Below, in pieces: positions 60,746 through 64,000 of a stretch of 64,000 bases of DNA (the first letter of the stretch is position 1; each line of letters begins with the position of its first letter). Source of the stretch: Vicugna vicugna (Eukaryota); assembly GCA_013265495.1 (NCBI GenBank), contig MU058065.1, positions 746,001 through 810,000 of the forward strand. Direction: 5' to 3'. A program made the translations under genes and the position numbers. The notes under the pieces were generated by a model. That model saw only the letters and a program-made list of their open reading frames with translations, made no database searches and had not been told where the DNA came from.

Positions 60746-63564
60746 GAGCAACAGAAAACAGCTTGAAGAATTTATTGGAGTTCTTTACCAAAGCTGGAAA
60801 GGAATATGTTAGTTGTCACCAACAGAAGAAACCAAAGAGTAAAAGTGTATTTTTCAACCAGCATCCATGTTTATTAAGTGTTAGGAAATAGACAAAATTA
60901 CAGCCAGATAAACTCTAGAGACTTGATAAGCAGGACCCAACAGCTTCTGAGGGGTTGGGACAAGATTCTTTTTGGATGGGAAATGGGACTGGTAGATTAT
61001 TCCCTTATGATCTAAGTTAGCAAGGCCTGGTGATGGCTTGAAAGAAGGATAATTAATAGCAAAAATTTGAAGGTGAAAGGAAGGTAACCAACAATCGAGC
61101 TGCCAAGAATGGGATAGGATGAACCGTAAGTATCTTATCAAGATTCTTTAAGACTTTACTGCAGAGAAGCAAAATGGTCATTCTGTCAGTGGTGGCTTTT
61201 TTGTGGGGTCTTAGGCAAGAAATATAAGTACAACAATAACAGAGAAAAATGGGGGATGGGTGATGAGAGAGAAGAGGAGAGAGAAAAGAGGGCATACGAA
61301 GGAAATAGGATTTAAAAAGGAGAATGTGTGAAAGAAGAGAAATAAAAGATAATATATATTAAAAAGGATTAATGGAAGAGTTAAAAAATGGTGGGGTAAA
61401 GGGGGAGAGAGAGAGAAAATGAGAGAATGAGAATAAAACAAGAGCTTTGATGAAGTCAGATTTACAGATTTTTAAGCAAATGCTTGATGCTTGAACTCTG
61501 AATTTTGTGGAACTCAAACTAATTCTCTCTTCTTAGCTACCATCTAGGTGTAATAATGGCTTGCTCTATATCACAGGATAAAAAGAAAAATCAGATTAAC
61601 ATTTTTTAAAGTGAGTTTTATCTTGGCTTCAAACCTTGTCTCATAAACTAAAAATTCCATGCAAATATCTAAAATTTACTACAAAAAGCAGTGTTATAGT
61701 CCTGTTCATAAAGCATTAACTTAATAAATCAATTTTATGTATTTATTTTTGAACTCTGGCTTTTGATTTACTAAAATCATTTTGATTTTTTTCACATTAA
61801 AGTTGCTTCTTAAAATTCTTTATTGGCGGTATACTTTTAAAATACTTAAAGAATATTTAAAGGAAGTTTTGATTTTTTTTTATTATAGAGACTTTAATTT
61901 TGAAATCCCAGAAAGCCAATTTAGGTAGGTATAGGACATTTAACTGCTCATACTAAACTGCTTTAAAATCACACTGTAATGATTTATAGCAGATAGATAA
62001 ATGCTATTTATACAGAAAGGGATATCAAATGATAAATTCTGCTCATTTACTGTTTATCCATGTCTCCCATTTGCCTGTACAAAAGGCTTCTCTTTTTTTT
62101 CTTTAATGACTAAATATAGTCCAGTATTTCATTTTATACTTATGGAAAGTAGAATAATTAATCCAGTGTAACTTTCCTTAGTGACAAAATAATGACAAAA
62201 TTTCAACTTGGTGACAAGGAAAACAATCTAAATCTAAATGTATCTAAATTCCTATTTTAACATCGAAATATCTACAGTAATTATGAAAAATTCTGAAGCC
62301 ATTTTTATCTTTCATCTATGTGAAACCAAATATCCAGATATTTTCAAATGTTAATTGAATAGATTACATGTTGGAAAAAATCAGGATTAAGTCTTTAATA
62401 ACCTCTTATGATCTATTCCAATTAGTTAATTTAGCCATGAATATAATCTCAAAGGATTAGATAACTAAAAATTTGTAGAGAATCCTATTTATCATTACTT
62501 AACACTTGTCACAGTGTCAGTCATTTCCTTAAACTTTTTCAACCATCTTTATATTCTAATAACGGTTTTAAGACTGAAATGAATATTTTCCCTGGTTTAT
62601 TTCTTTTTTCCCCATCAAGGTTTTAAATAACTTGAAAAAGTCTGTCTTCATCATCCTTCCTGAGCATTTGGGATCACTGCTACAGCCTCTATGCTGAATT
62701 TAAAAGTCCCCATACACACGTAGATGAATATTACTATTCCACAAAATAAATTTTTAAATATGCATGTCTTTTTCATGACTGTCACTCTTGAAACTGTTGA
62801 AGGCCCCATAAGCTTGGTGACTGAGGCTGTTATTCTTAACACGGAGTTAGAATGTTGTAAACATGAAATTTTATACAATAATGAAGTTGAAATTGGAACC
62901 AAGTGATGGCGGAAGCTTGGAGATTGGCTTGAATTAAAGTGCTGAAGCAGGATGCAGAAGTACCAATTCCAAGAATTTCGTAAGTGGGAAGAGAGGAAAA
63001 TACACGTGAGAATAAATATAAACTGCCACGAATCAGAACCTGCAAAACAAGAGGCATAATGTCAAAGTGGAATTTGATTGGACTGGCAAACGTACCATCT
63101 CCTCGGTATTAAGTAACATTCTCAGCTAGTGGCCCAGTCCGACTCAGTGTCAAACTTCAGCTTGACCTTTCAAGAGCCTGGCTTGCTATGATTTATTCTC
63201 AACCGTGGACTTGAGACCACAGAAGGACTTAAGAAAATCTACTTCCTTTCTTAGTTTCCTGGCAAAATTGCATTCGAGTAAGCCCAAGTACAGAGCACAT
63301 ACAGACTCTTCTACTTTCCTTTCATTTTTTCAGGAATTTGTTTTTTATTTTTTCCCCAAATCCTTACATTCTGGAGAATGAGGCTAATTTCCAGTAAAAT
63401 TCCCATGTACTTTTATTCAGATGTGTTTATATTTTTTGGGGGGGGAAGGGCTTATTGGTTGGAATTAAGAACAGTTGATGACTGTGTTTCTTGCAGTGTT
63501 TTCTCAAAGACTTAAGAAACAGTGGTTTTCAGATTTTCTTATTCTGATACAACATTACAGATAT

Positions 63565-64000
63565 ATTGATTTTCTATTGTGGCTATAACAAATTACAGCA
63601 AACATATGGCTTAAAACACAAATTTATTATCTCACAGGTCTATAAGTGAGAAATTTGATGTGTGTCTCACTATACCAAAATCATGGTGTTATCTGTGTGC
63701 ATTCCTTTCTGGAGCCTTTAATTGTGAATCCATTTCTTTGCCTTTTCAGCCTCCTTGGCTCAGGGCTCCCTTTCTGCATCTTCAGAGCCATCAAATGCTG
63801 CCGAGTCTTTCTCATAACAGAGCACTGTGACACTGACTCTTTTCTGCCCTCCTTTTCTACATTTAAGGACTTTGTGAAAACCTTAGGAGCATCCAGAAGA
63901 CCCAGGATTATCTTTCCTATTTTAAGGTCACTGGATTAACAACCTTAATTCCATGAGCAACATTGATTTCCCTTTGCCACGTAACATAATATATTCACAG
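63565..64000 (-). mobile_element. MaLR (MLT1-like) LTR, running to the window end
   Basis: TTCTATTGTGGCTATAACAAATTAC...GGCTTAAAACACAAATTTATTATCTCACAG...TTTCTTTGCCTTTTCAG...TTTAAGGAC...TTTAAGGTCACTGGATTAACAACCTTAATTCCA...GTAACATAATATATTCACAG. Confidence 0.85.

Overview
64 kb of AT-rich, repeat-dense mammalian genomic DNA, most likely from a camelid (camel/alpaca/llama). That assignment rests on a tRNA-derived Vic-1-like SINE at ~35.5 kb and short lineage-type L1 3' ends. I cannot support any host protein-coding exon, RNA gene or CRISPR array, so the window reads as intergenic or deep intronic. Much of it is decayed interspersed repeat: Tigger1, MER58/MER63-like DNA transposons, MIR, L2, many L1 fragments, MaLR and ERV1 solo LTRs. 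The most striking structure is a 2.84-kb minisatellite (45312-48154) of 26-27 bp monomers arranged as an 80-bp three-monomer higher-order repeat. It has 33 identical central copies and diverged edges, is CpG- and E-box-rich, and is stop-free on the minus strand. Also notable are three ERV1 solo LTRs within 2.4 kb (two forming an inverted pair), CpG-rich patches inside ancient repeats, and several non-repetitive motif-dense blocks that may be enhancers. Repeat family names come from recall of consensus sequences and repeat boundaries are approximate unless a target-site duplication (TSD) is quoted. No database search was run.
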